64,000 nucleotides of DNA from Candidatus Woesearchaeota archaeon. Lineage in GTDB: Archaea > Nanobdellota > Nanobdellia > Woesearchaeales > JAFCFN01. The stretch is taken from assembly GCA_017608625.1 (NCBI GenBank), contig JAFCFN010000001.1:19828-83827 (forward strand), written 5' to 3'. The stretch's first letter is position 1, and each line of letters begins with the position of its first letter. A model generated the notes under the pieces. The model did not search any database, was not told the DNA's origin, and worked only from the letters and a program-made list of their open reading frames with translations. Shown here piece after piece: positions 55,325 to 64,000 of the stretch. A program made the position numbers and the translations under genes.

Positions 55325-55669
55325 ATGCAAACAAAGGTTTGGGTATTATTAGTTGCTGCTTTTTGCGCTATTTTGGGTGCAATAGGACAGTTGTTATTTA
55401 AACTTAGCTCATCTACAATAACAAAGAATATTTTTTCATGGATAGGTAATATTAAACTACTAGCAGGTATAGCACTATATGCTGTAGCTATGATACTTTT
55501 TGTATGGGCATTAAAATATGGGAATCTATCTGTATTATATCCAATAATTGCTACATCTTATATCTGGGTGGCTTTGCTTTCTACAATATTTTTGAAAGAA
55601 CCTTTTGGTTTCATTAAATGGATTGGCATATTTTTTATATTGTTAGGAATTATACTTATCATTAAATGA
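55325..55669 (+). CDS. Small EamA/SMR-like DMT-superfamily membrane protein (ArnE/ArnF-like candidate flippase subunit)
   Basis: The gene is 114 aa with four TM segments, and it is the first gene of the glycosyltransferase cluster. Confidence 0.45.
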   Translation: MQTKVWVLLVAAFCAILGAIGQLLFKLSSSTITKNIFSWIGNIKLLAGIALYAVAMILFVWALKYGNLSVLYPIIATSYIWVALLSTIFLKEPFGFIKWIGIFFILLGIILIIK

Positions 55670-56976
55670 AAATCGACCTTTGGATAAAGAAAAATAAAAT
55701 TTTGTCTTTTTTGTATATTTTCTCATTGATATTTTTTATTTATCAACATACAACAGGATTGTCATGGGATTTTTCTGTTTATGTATTAAATGCCAAGTAT
55801 CTATTTGGTCAAGGAATATATTTTGAATGGTTAAGACCACCTTTAACACCTGTTATTATTGGAATTTTTTCTGTTTTTGGATGGCTCATAGCAGAATATC
55901 TTTACATCATATTTGTTGTAACGCTTTATTGCTTTGCTACTGTAAAATTAGCTGAAAAATTAAAAATCAAGCCAGCACTACTTTATATCTTTCTAATAAC
56001 GCCTTTTATATTAAATTATTCGTTGGTTGCAGGCAACTATCTTCTAGCTCTTGCATTAATACTATTAACTATTTCTGCTGTTCCGAGTCCAACAGCAGGC
56101 GCATTTTTAGGATTAGCAACATTGACAGATTATAAATGCATTATTTTTTTGCCACTTTTACTGTTTAATAAAAATTTCAAAAAGATTATCTTGGCAATAG
56201 CACTTTTTATAGCTATATTACTGCCTTGGTTATTGTTTAATTATTTTGTTACAGGGAATGCACTAACATCCATTGCAGATTCTTTTTTTCTTAATATAAC
56301 AAATACAGAGAGGGTTTCAATGCAAGTAAATTTTGCTCATCTTTTAGATGTTATAAACATATCTTTACCTTTCTTTATCTTTGGTTTAATAAAAAGACTG
56401 AAACAATTAAAAAGAATTGATTTAATTATGCTTTTTATAGTTGTATTAAGCTTTTTTTCTTATTCAAGAATACCTTTTAAACATCCAATTTATATGATCT
56501 ATCTAATAATACCTGTTGCTTATTTTTCTTCAATTGCTTTGACAAGAATCAAGAAAATATTACCTTTGCTTATCATTGTGAACATCATCTTAGCAATTCA
56601 TTCTTTTTTTCCTCTACCCGATACAACAATTTATAAGCAAGCAACTGAAAATATTGATGATTGTATGTTATATTCAAATGCATGGGTATTTTTTGATTAT
56701 TTTGGCATACCTTCTGCATTTGTTCCAAAGACTGTTGAGAAAACAAAGGAAGTGATTGAGTCTGGTGGAAGAGTGTTGATTTTTAGTAATCTTCCTGATC
56801 CACCATATGCAACAAACAAAACACTCTTGCTTCAGTTTCCACTGATTAAAGAAACAAAAAATTATTTGCTGTTTGGCAATGTAACTAAATGCGAAAAACC
56901 ATATATAGTTGATACTCCTTTAACAAGGGGTATGGGCAATTGTGAAATATTTGATTTTCCAATAATCTGCAAATGA
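55666..56976 (+). CDS. Multi-TM GT-C-fold glycosyltransferase-like membrane protein
   Basis: About 11 TM segments are present, and the gene sits within the glycan cluster. No sharp motif is identified. Confidence 0.4.
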   Translation: MKIDLWIKKNKILSFLYIFSLIFFIYQHTTGLSWDFSVYVLNAKYLFGQGIYFEWLRPPLTPVIIGIFSVFGWLIAEYLYIIFVVTLYCFATVKLAEKLKIKPALLYIFLITPFILNYSLVAGNYLLALALILLTISAVPSPTAGAFLGLATLTDYKCIIFLPLLLFNKNFKKIILAIALFIAILLPWLLFNYFVTGNALTSIADSFFLNITNTERVSMQVNFAHLLDVINISLPFFIFGLIKRLKQLKRIDLIMLFIVVLSFFSYSRIPFKHPIYMIYLIIPVAYFSSIALTRIKKILPLLIIVNIILAIHSFFPLPDTTIYKQATENIDDCMLYSNAWVFFDYFGIPSAFVPKTVEKTKEVIESGGRVLIFSNLPDPPYATNKTLLLQFPLIKETKNYLLFGNVTKCEKPYIVDTPLTRGMGNCEIFDFPIICK

Positions 56977-57674
56977 AACTGTCAATAATTATTCCAGCAT
57001 ATAATGAAGAACAGAATATTCCAAGATTAGATTCAGAGTTAATACCTTTTTTGAAAGGAGATTATGAAATTTTGATTGTTGATGATGGAAGTAATGATAA
57101 TACAGCAGAGCAAGTACTTAAATTAAAAAAGAAGCATAAACATATCAAATTAATCAAACATCCAAAAAATTTAGGTCTTGGTTATGCTATTCGAACAGGG
57201 ATTAAGAATGCTAAAGGAGATATTATTATTACTTTGGATGCAGATTTTACATTTCATCCATCTCAAATTCCATTATTGTTAGAAGCATATAAACAAACTA
57301 AGGCGGATTGTATAATCGGTTCTCCTTTATTGAAATCAGGTTATGCTAATGTTGTTAAGTCAAGATTATTTTTGAGCAAGGCTGTTAATATGTTATATCA
57401 GCTTTTACTTGGTAAGAGAATTAAAGCAGTTTCTACAATATTCAGATTGTACAGAAGTTCGGCTTTGAAAAGGTTAAAATTAAGTAGCAAAGGATTCACC
57501 ATTAATGCTGAGATCTTATTTAAATTTATTCAAGAGAAAAAGAAGATTTTGGAAATTCCAGCTGTTTTGACAAAACGGAAATTTGGCAAATCAAAAATAA
57601 AAACTTTAACAGAGATAAAGAATCACTTGATTTTATTGGGTAGGATATTTTATTGGAAACTAACTAAAGATTAA
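56973..57674 (+). CDS. GT2 glycosyltransferase, dolichyl-phosphate sugar synthase-like (DPM1/GtrB/AglD-type)
   Basis: IIIPAYNEEQNI is followed by DDGSNDNT and the DxD motif (TLDADF). Confidence 0.7.
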   Translation: MKLSIIIPAYNEEQNIPRLDSELIPFLKGDYEILIVDDGSNDNTAEQVLKLKKKHKHIKLIKHPKNLGLGYAIRTGIKNAKGDIIITLDADFTFHPSQIPLLLEAYKQTKADCIIGSPLLKSGYANVVKSRLFLSKAVNMLYQLLLGKRIKAVSTIFRLYRSSALKRLKLSSKGFTINAEILFKFIQEKKKILEIPAVLTKRKFGKSKIKTLTEIKNHLILLGRIFYWKLTKD

Positions 57675-58304
57675 CTCTTCTAACTCAGCTTTATTTTTAA
57701 ACCCGTAATATGTTTCATCATTTATTATTAAGATAGGAGTTTGACCTTTAACTTCGTATGTTTCTTTTAAAGTATCTAATGCTATGTCATGGATGTTTAT
57801 ATCAAAAGAGTAGACATTAATATTTGGAAATTTTTTTCTCAAATGTGTTAAAACATAGCCTTGTTCTTCACATTTACTACAGTCTCCTAAATTTGAATAA
57901 AAATATAAAATCAGAGTGACATTTGCATTACATTCTTTTCGCATTTTTTTCAAAAGTAGCCAGTGTTGAATTTCTAGTAAAGATGTATACTCTTTTAGTT
58001 TCAATACAGTTGGATCATTTGGTCCTCTTTCATTTTCTAGAGTTGCCAACCTAGAACTTAATTTGTAAAGCTCTTCTGTTAGTGGATTCTCACTAGCTAT
58101 TGAACAAGGATTTTCTGCCATAAGCAGGTTTTGAGTTTCTATAGCTAAAATATCCATCTTTAAGTCTTCTTCCATGCTTTCCAACATACTAACTTTAGCA
58201 TTACTTAAAGTATTCCCAATGATTATTCCTAATATAAATATCAGTGTGGCTAATGCAAATGCTGCTATTAATCTTGATTTTGGTATTTTTCTTTTATCTA
58301 ACAC
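57660..58304 (-). CDS. Membrane-anchored thioredoxin-fold protein (CxxC)
   Basis: One N-terminal TM is present, and CSKCEEQG has thioredoxin-like Cys spacing. The call is weak. Confidence 0.35.
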   Translation of the reverse strand: MLDKRKIPKSRLIAAFALATLIFILGIIIGNTLSNAKVSMLESMEEDLKMDILAIETQNLLMAENPCSIASENPLTEELYKLSSRLATLENERGPNDPTVLKLKEYTSLLEIQHWLLLKKMRKECNANVTLILYFYSNLGDCSKCEEQGYVLTHLRKKFPNINVYSFDINIHDIALDTLKETYEVKGQTPILIINDETYYGFKNKAELEELIFS

Positions 58305-59539
58305 TTTTCATTTCTCCATTTTACTTTTTTGCCTAAAATTTTACATACCCATACAATTGTCCACCATACTCCGTAAAGCACCCAATAAAAGGCAAGATAG
58401 AAAACATAAAAAGAACTCATTTTTCCTTTTTCCTTTGAGAGAGTTTTTCCTAATGCAAATATCATAATACTGAAAAAAAGTCCTACAGCTGCTAAAAATA
58501 GCAGGGCATTTGTATTTATTTTAAACAAATCAATATTAAATTTTAATATTTGAGATAGATCAAAGTTAACAGCAATTAAGTTTTGTAAATGAGTTAAGAT
58601 TTTTGATCCATATTTATATGTAAAATATAATAAAGTAGTTGTAACAAAAGCAACAGATATCAAAGCTGACGGTAAAATTATTAGAGCAAGATTTCCATGT
58701 CTTTTTGGATTAAAAAGGTGAAAATATCTTATGATATTTTCTATAAAGCCAGAATACCACCTTATTCTTTGTCTAAGTAATCCTTTGAATGTTGGTGGAG
58801 CTACTGTATATACAGATGCATCAATTGAGTTTTCTATTTCATAATCGCGGCTTTGAATTCTTAATGCTATTTCAATATCTTCTGTTATATTGCCTACGTC
58901 ATATCCTCCATATTTATCAAAAAATCTTTTTCTGTAAATCGTGAATGGTCCTGGTGTAACATGTATTGCACCAAGAAATGAGAAAATCTTTCTTAAAAGG
59001 ACACCAACCATATATTCTATTGCCTGTATTTTCTGAAGAATTGTTTTTGGTTTATATACTTTTAAAGAAGGTGTTACTGCCATTACTCTAGATTTCTGGA
59101 AATAGCCAATCATCTTTTTTAATGCATCAGGACTAACAAAGGAATCTGCATCAAGTGCAGCAACAAGCTCTCCAGAACATCTTTCCAAACCATAATTTAA
59201 GGCATCAGCTTTGCCTCCATTTTTTTTGGTGAATACCTTTACACGTTTTGATTTAAATCTTTTTGCAATTGAATATGTTTTATCCTCGCTTCCATCATCT
59301 ATTACTAATATTTCTAATTTGTTTTTAGGCCAATCAAGTTTAAGTAAGGATTTTATTGTTTTTGCTATTGTAGCTTCTTCATTGTATGCTGGAACTATTA
59401 TGCTTACTTTTGGATACTCTTTAATGGCAGGGTTTTGGAGTCTTTTTTTATTTTCTATAAGTGTCAATAAGAAGAATATTGCTGTAAATAAACCAAAGTA
59501 TGAAAGAGAATATAATAAATATGTTCCGAAAATATCCAT
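58298..59539 (-). CDS. Processive-type GT2 synthase (NodC / cellulose / chitin / hyaluronan synthase-like) with flanking TMs
   Basis: IIVPAYNEE is followed by DDGSEDKT, DAD (ALDADS) and QRIRW (the QxxRW motif). TM segments lie on the N- and C-terminal sides. Confidence 0.7.
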   Translation of the reverse strand: MDIFGTYLLYSLSYFGLFTAIFFLLTLIENKKRLQNPAIKEYPKVSIIVPAYNEEATIAKTIKSLLKLDWPKNKLEILVIDDGSEDKTYSIAKRFKSKRVKVFTKKNGGKADALNYGLERCSGELVAALDADSFVSPDALKKMIGYFQKSRVMAVTPSLKVYKPKTILQKIQAIEYMVGVLLRKIFSFLGAIHVTPGPFTIYRKRFFDKYGGYDVGNITEDIEIALRIQSRDYEIENSIDASVYTVAPPTFKGLLRQRIRWYSGFIENIIRYFHLFNPKRHGNLALIILPSALISVAFVTTTLLYFTYKYGSKILTHLQNLIAVNFDLSQILKFNIDLFKINTNALLFLAAVGLFFSIMIFALGKTLSKEKGKMSSFYVFYLAFYWVLYGVWWTIVWVCKILGKKVKWRNEKC

Positions 59540-59540
59540 T

Positions 59541-60992
59541 TTAGGCTTTTTTTAGGTACTCCCAAATCTCTATTCCATCTTTGTTATAGACGTTTTTAAA
59601 TGTTTCGTTATTTCTGAACAAGAAAAGAAGACCTGTTCTTTTATTTTCCCAGATATCTTGTTTCATTTCTGGGTCAGTCCAGATGTATTTTATATTATAT
59701 TTGTCCAATAAATTTTTGGTTTCCTCTAATTTATATGAATGAAATATTTTTTTGCTGTCTTCCATTCTTTTGTTGAGTTGAGGGGCATATGTAAATAAGT
59801 CATCCGTTACAACAGCTCTTTTTGCAAAATATTCTATCCAAAATCCTTTATCATGGCTAGAAAAGACAACATATTTCTTGTTCGAGTTTACCCCTAACCA
59901 TGTTAAGCTATCTGCTATTGATTGATTAGGCTTACTGACGCTTAATTCTTTGATATAAGCAATGGGTGAGAAGATTATTCCACATATTAAAACAATAATA
60001 CTAAAGTTTCTAAGTATAGGAGATGCCCATTTTCTTTTCAACAAACTGAAAAATCCATTTCCAGCAAAAAAGGCAATTATAAAATTAAGATATAGATTCA
60101 AATAATTATCAAAGTAAAAAGCAGCAATAATTAAAGTAATAAGGATAATAATCGGAAGTTTTCTTTTATATGATATATAAAAGAAACCAACAAATGCAAG
60201 TATTAAACTAAATATACTGAATCCTGTTTCTCCACCAATATCAGAGATAAAATTTTCTATTTTATTTTCTCTTAAATTAAAAGTAGGCATACCATGAGCA
60301 TAGTAGATTTGGCCATAATAAATAATGCAAACAACTAGTACAATAAAAAGCACTGAATAAAACTTTTTAAGATTTTTAGTAGTTAGAGAATAGCAGAATA
60401 ATGTTAAGATTCCAATTATTGCTGAAAATAGGTTGAAAAAAGAAACAGTTATTAGGATTAATATACTTAACAATGCTAAGATTTTATTTTTGTGCATAAA
60501 AAAATAAAACTGGAGTAATAATAAAAAAATAACCAGAGCGTGGTAATCTAGAACAGTGAAAGAATAAATGAATATCGGAGTAAGTATCAATATTGCACAA
60601 ATCAAAAATATTTTTTCTGAATCTAAGTCCAGTTTCTTTAAAATAAGATAAAACATTAATACTGATAATAATCCCAATATGAATGGCAGCAACTTTGCGA
60701 TAAGATTAAAATTTAAAAAAGTTGTCAGAGACGCTATAATATAGTGGAATGGATTAAATAAATAGTCTCTGCCTCCAAAAGAAAGTTCATCATGAGCAGG
60801 AATGCCTTGTTCTACAAGCGTTTGACTTAATCTTCCATGATAATAGGGAATATCACCTATTAAAGTGTTGTTTTTAGATAAGATTCTAATTAAATAAGGC
60901 AATGATAAAACTATTGTTGCTAGTAAAAGCAGAGTAATTAATACTTTTTTCTCACTAACTTTGCTTAATTTCATTTTAATTTGCACAAACAT
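59541..60992 (-). CDS. GT-C-fold membrane glycosyltransferase, PMT/ArnT-like (paralog 1)
   Basis: At least 12 TM segments are present. An acidic motif sits in the first external loop (IPAHDELSFGGRDYLF). A soluble C-terminal domain is present. Confidence 0.5.
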   Translation of the reverse strand: MFVQIKMKLSKVSEKKVLITLLLLATIVLSLPYLIRILSKNNTLIGDIPYYHGRLSQTLVEQGIPAHDELSFGGRDYLFNPFHYIIASLTTFLNFNLIAKLLPFILGLLSVLMFYLILKKLDLDSEKIFLICAILILTPIFIYSFTVLDYHALVIFLLLLQFYFFMHKNKILALLSILILITVSFFNLFSAIIGILTLFCYSLTTKNLKKFYSVLFIVLVVCIIYYGQIYYAHGMPTFNLRENKIENFISDIGGETGFSIFSLILAFVGFFYISYKRKLPIIILITLIIAAFYFDNYLNLYLNFIIAFFAGNGFFSLLKRKWASPILRNFSIIVLICGIIFSPIAYIKELSVSKPNQSIADSLTWLGVNSNKKYVVFSSHDKGFWIEYFAKRAVVTDDLFTYAPQLNKRMEDSKKIFHSYKLEETKNLLDKYNIKYIWTDPEMKQDIWENKRTGLLFLFRNNETFKNVYNKDGIEIWEYLKKA

Positions 60993-62554
60993 TCATATAT
61001 CTTTACTTCACTATCATAAACTAAATTAAAACATTCGTCATCAATATATCTTGGTGTCTCAACATCATATTTATTTCTAGCATTTCTTGAAAAGTATATA
61101 TATTTTGTATTGTATTTTTCCAATAAACTTATTGCAACTGTTTTATAAGGTGTTGCAAGTATTCTTTCAATATCTTCAAATCTCTGGTTTGCGTCAGCTA
61201 TTAATAAGAAGTTAAGATCTGCAATTACAGGCCTTTCTGCAACATAATTTATTAAATATCCTTCTTCCAGTGTTGCAACAACGCTCTCATTTTTATTTGT
61301 GTTGTTTTTTAACCAAATTAGAGCATTTATTTCTTCTTGCGTTGGACTTAACTGTTCTATTTTCTTAGCATAAGTTAGACTAGGAAGTATCGCGGATACT
61401 AATAGAATGATAAACAGGATACAAAGAGTGAAATTGCGACCTGTTTTCATTCTTTTCATTTTTTTGAAAGCTTTTTTATAAAATATACTTGCTATTATTG
61501 GCAGTACCAGTCCAATTGAAAAGAATTTCTCATAAAATACTGCAAATAATATAGAGAATATTACACCTAAAAGAATTAGGCCGGTATCTGCTTGCATTAA
61601 TTTTAACCACAAACATAAAGATGCAGCAAAGGCAAATGAGATTAGCAAATAAATTTTCCTATCTTTTTTGATAAACAAATAGGAGTAAATGACAAATATT
61701 CCTGTTATGAACGGAATCACCCCTATTTTATATACTGCTCCTAAAATAGATGTTTCAGGAAAATACATCCCTAATATTTGAGAAGGGATGTTTTGCCAGA
61801 TAAATCCAGATCCATATAATAAAAATGCTTTTTTAAAAATTAGAAACGACAACCAAAAAACCACAAGAACTGAAAAAAGTATAGATTCTGACTCAATTTT
61901 TTCAATTTTTAGATTTTCTATTTTTGTTAAAAGCATGAAAATTAATAATCCTAAGATAAACAAGAAAGATAACAATGTATGGATTAGCGGCAAAAGAAAT
62001 ACTGTTACTATAAACCAATACATATATTTTTTCTTTTCACTAATTTTCATAAAACAGTAAATCGAGAAAAACATTAATGGAATTGCTAGTGAATATACAG
62101 TTGCAGAATTAATGGTTTTAAAAAAGAATATTGGAATAAATGCAGCTAAAAATGCTGAAAATAAAGCAGGGATCTGTTTTTTTGTTAGTTCTTTAGCAAT
62201 AAGATAAACAGCAAGTATGGGCAAGATAGCAAATACATTACTAATTAACTTTATTGCGGTTATAGTTGGTATTAAAAAGCTGAGTAAAGCTAAAATATAA
62301 TAAAATAAAGGTGAAAAAACAAGTGTTCTGCCCTGATAACTTAGATCATCATATATTAGAGGTACGCCTTTTTCTTTTATATGCTCTACTTGTCTTACGG
62401 CAAAATAAGAATCATAGCTTAGATAAGGTGTTGAAAATGTGAAATATAATCTAATAGCCAGTGTTACAAAGATTGTTGCAAATAAAATTATATTCTTTTT
62501 TTTCATATTTGTAACAGATTCGTTTTTAGTATTTATTCTTTTTGCTAAAAGCAA
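60971..62554 (-). CDS. GT-C-fold membrane glycosyltransferase, PMT/ArnT-like (paralog 2)
   Basis: The architecture matches that of 59541..60992. The first-loop motif is PLIYDDLSYQGRTLVF. The two genes are in tandem. Confidence 0.5.
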   Translation of the reverse strand: MLLAKRINTKNESVTNMKKKNIILFATIFVTLAIRLYFTFSTPYLSYDSYFAVRQVEHIKEKGVPLIYDDLSYQGRTLVFSPLFYYILALLSFLIPTITAIKLISNVFAILPILAVYLIAKELTKKQIPALFSAFLAAFIPIFFFKTINSATVYSLAIPLMFFSIYCFMKISEKKKYMYWFIVTVFLLPLIHTLLSFLFILGLLIFMLLTKIENLKIEKIESESILFSVLVVFWLSFLIFKKAFLLYGSGFIWQNIPSQILGMYFPETSILGAVYKIGVIPFITGIFVIYSYLFIKKDRKIYLLISFAFAASLCLWLKLMQADTGLILLGVIFSILFAVFYEKFFSIGLVLPIIASIFYKKAFKKMKRMKTGRNFTLCILFIILLVSAILPSLTYAKKIEQLSPTQEEINALIWLKNNTNKNESVVATLEEGYLINYVAERPVIADLNFLLIADANQRFEDIERILATPYKTVAISLLEKYNTKYIYFSRNARNKYDVETPRYIDDECFNLVYDSEVKIYECLCKLK

Positions 62555-62632
62555 ACTTTTACTAGATTTATAGATGTAATCGTTTCTAAATTTTTAGAAA
62601 ATTATATATAAATCCAAAACCTATAAAAAATT

Positions 62633-63337
62633 ATGGAAAAAAACAGAATACCAACTGGTTCAAAAATTCTGGATTACATGCTTAAGGGAGGTTATGAAAA
62701 GGATATTATCACTACTATTTATGGTCCAGCGGGGTCTGGTAAAACATGTTTATGCTTGTTAGCTACTATCTATATGGCTAGACAAGGAAAAAAAATTATT
62801 TATATAGATACAGAGGGCGGATTCTCTTTAGAAAGACTAAAGCAAATGGCTTTAGATTATAAAAAAGTGCTTGAAAGGACTATTTTTTTGAGACCTACAA
62901 ATTTTAAAGAGCAAAAAAAAGTATTTGCACAATTGAAAGATATTATAAACAACAAAATTGGTTTAATCATAGTTGATACTATTGCTATGCTTTATAGATT
63001 AGAGCTTGGAAAGGATGAGAATGTGCATGAGGTTAATAGAGAGCTTGGAAAACAGCTTTCTTATTTAGCTGAGATTGCTAGAAAAAAAAACATTCCAGTT
63101 TTAATTACTAATCAGGTTTATGCTAATTTTGATGATAAAAACAAAGTGAATATAGTGGGTGGAGATTTATTAAAGTACAGTTCTAAATGTCTTATTGAGT
63201 TACAGGTAACCCCTGCAAATAATAGGAGAGCTATTTTAAAGAAACATAGATCAATAATGGAAGAAAAAGAGATTTTATTCAAAATAATTGATAGAGGCAT
63301 TATAGGTACTAAGGAAAGCAGATTTAGATTGTTTTGA
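62633..63337 (+). CDS. radB: RadB (archaeal RecA/Rad51 paralog, KaiC-like ATPase)
   Basis: Walker A is TTIYGPAGSGKTCLCL and Walker B is LIIVDTIA. The 234-aa length is typical of RadB. Confidence 0.75.
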   Translation: MEKNRIPTGSKILDYMLKGGYEKDIITTIYGPAGSGKTCLCLLATIYMARQGKKIIYIDTEGGFSLERLKQMALDYKKVLERTIFLRPTNFKEQKKVFAQLKDIINNKIGLIIVDTIAMLYRLELGKDENVHEVNRELGKQLSYLAEIARKKNIPVLITNQVYANFDDKNKVNIVGGDLLKYSSKCLIELQVTPANNRRAILKKHRSIMEEKEILFKIIDRGIIGTKESRFRLF

Positions 63338-63952
63338 TAAAAATGATTTAGAGTATAACTCGAGATATTTCTCAATTGCATTCTCTATTTGTTTTTTAAT
63401 TAGGTATTTTGCTTGTACATTAATCATTGCTTTTGATTTTTTTGATAAAGCAATGAATTCCTCGTTATCTCCAAAGACAATTCTCGATTTATATAATTCT
63501 GTTTTTGTTTTTTTATCTATTAAATCTCCATTTTTAATAATTAATGATGCGTTCTTGCCTGTTTTTATTTCTCCAGTATATACCGCATTATTTGATAAAA
63601 AGCAATTTCCTACTGGAATAAAATTAAGACCATATCTTTTGAATATTTCGTCATTAGCAGGGAATTTTAGAAAATTCTCGATAAAATCTTCATCATTTCT
63701 TGTAGTTAATATAACATCTACTAATTTATCTTTATTTATAACTTCTTTGTTAAAAAGTTTATTTTTCAATTCAGAGAAAGATTCTAAAAAGACAGGATTT
63801 ATTTGTAAATAAGGTATGATATCATAAAGTTCTTTGACAGCCACTCCTTTAATACTCTTTGCTTTTCTTATAATGGAATCATAATCATTGAAATCATTTT
63901 TTCCAGTTACAAATCCAATAAAATTTCTAGTTATTTCTTTTCCCCAAACCAC
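63275..63952 (-). CDS. Hypothetical protein
   Basis: The ORF is 225 aa with no motif I recognise, and it overlaps the radB 3' end by about 60 nt. Confidence 0.3.
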   Translation of the reverse strand: MVWGKEITRNFIGFVTGKNDFNDYDSIIRKAKSIKGVAVKELYDIIPYLQINPVFLESFSELKNKLFNKEVINKDKLVDVILTTRNDEDFIENFLKFPANDEIFKRYGLNFIPVGNCFLSNNAVYTGEIKTGKNASLIIKNGDLIDKKTKTELYKSRIVFGDNEEFIALSKKSKAMINVQAKYLIKKQIENAIEKYLELYSKSFLSKQSKSAFLSTYNASINYFE

Positions 63953-64000
63953 TCCTGCTTTAATTGCTTTTTTTATAGCACTATATTTCTCTTTGACATT

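Noticed and set aside
470-63812. About 55 short ORFs of 60-195 aa in the six-frame track, lying antisense or out of frame within larger genes. Examples are 470..679, 2531..2806, 3103..3570, 11151..11738, 21144..21482, 25493..26125, 26180..26425, 43110..43610, 43702..43980 and 63453..63812.
   Set aside because: Each is fully nested in a longer ORF that has clear motifs or coding periodicity. Their translations are low-complexity (S/L/F/I-rich), as expected from reverse-strand reading of AT-rich, Lys/Glu-rich genes. None has an RBS or a conserved motif.
1-64000. Looked for CRISPR arrays, IS elements or transposases, integrases, rRNA genes and restriction-modification or toxin-antitoxin pairs.
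   Set aside because: I saw no regularly spaced direct repeats, no transposase or integrase motifs (DDE, tyrosine recombinase R..H..Y) and no 16S/23S-like conserved stretches. The PIN-domain protein (41961..42341) lacks an adjacent antitoxin-like partner and sits in the conserved rpoE' operon context.

Overview
This is a 64 kb AT-rich contig from an archaeon. Both strands are densely coding, with roughly 85 protein genes and short intergenic regions. Many archaeal/eukaryotic-type information-processing genes place it in the Archaea: aIF5B, aEF-1beta, aIF5A, aRF1 (GGQ motif), an HMf-type histone, RNA polymerase subunits E'/Spt4/L/P, TFS, ribosomal proteins L1/P0/P1/L37ae/L40e/S24e/S27ae, prefoldin beta, aMBF1, RadB, a class-I CCA enzyme and Taw1. 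The low GC content, the many Lys/Glu-rich low-complexity proteins and the reduced gene versions (compact AlaRS, truncated LysRS-like, short DRG) suggest a small-genome, possibly DPANN-like, episymbiont; that placement is inference. I found no rRNA, confident tRNA, CRISPR array or obvious transposon. The most interesting parts are as follows. (1) A GC-rich structured island of about 190 nt lies between aRF1 and L37ae and looks like an unclassified ncRNA. (2) A family of GC-rich stem-loops sharing the motifs gacctatc...gcgctttt...gataggtc and ttaacgc sits at the 3' ends and intercistronic sites of minus-strand genes. (3) A lipobox PLD (two HKD motifs) is paired with a membrane-anchored, ATPase-less Lon (S16) protease. 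(4) A dTTP/dNTP module contains a nucleotide kinase fused to dCMP deaminase, then ThyX, Tmk, a glutaredoxin-like protein and class III NrdD, with no adjacent NrdG. (5) A class-I LysRS-like catalytic core lacks the anticodon-binding domain. (6) A bacterial-type AlaRS lacking the C-Ala domain sits among archaeal genes. (7) A surface-glycan cluster carries three GT-C (PMT/ArnT-like) enzymes, two GT2 enzymes, a small ArnE/F-like DMT protein and a thioredoxin-like protein. (8) A membrane-anchored wHTH regulator sits next to a secreted E/K coiled-coil protein with a Cys/acidic tail. All coordinates come from the supplied ORF track or from hand counting and may be off by 1–3 nt.
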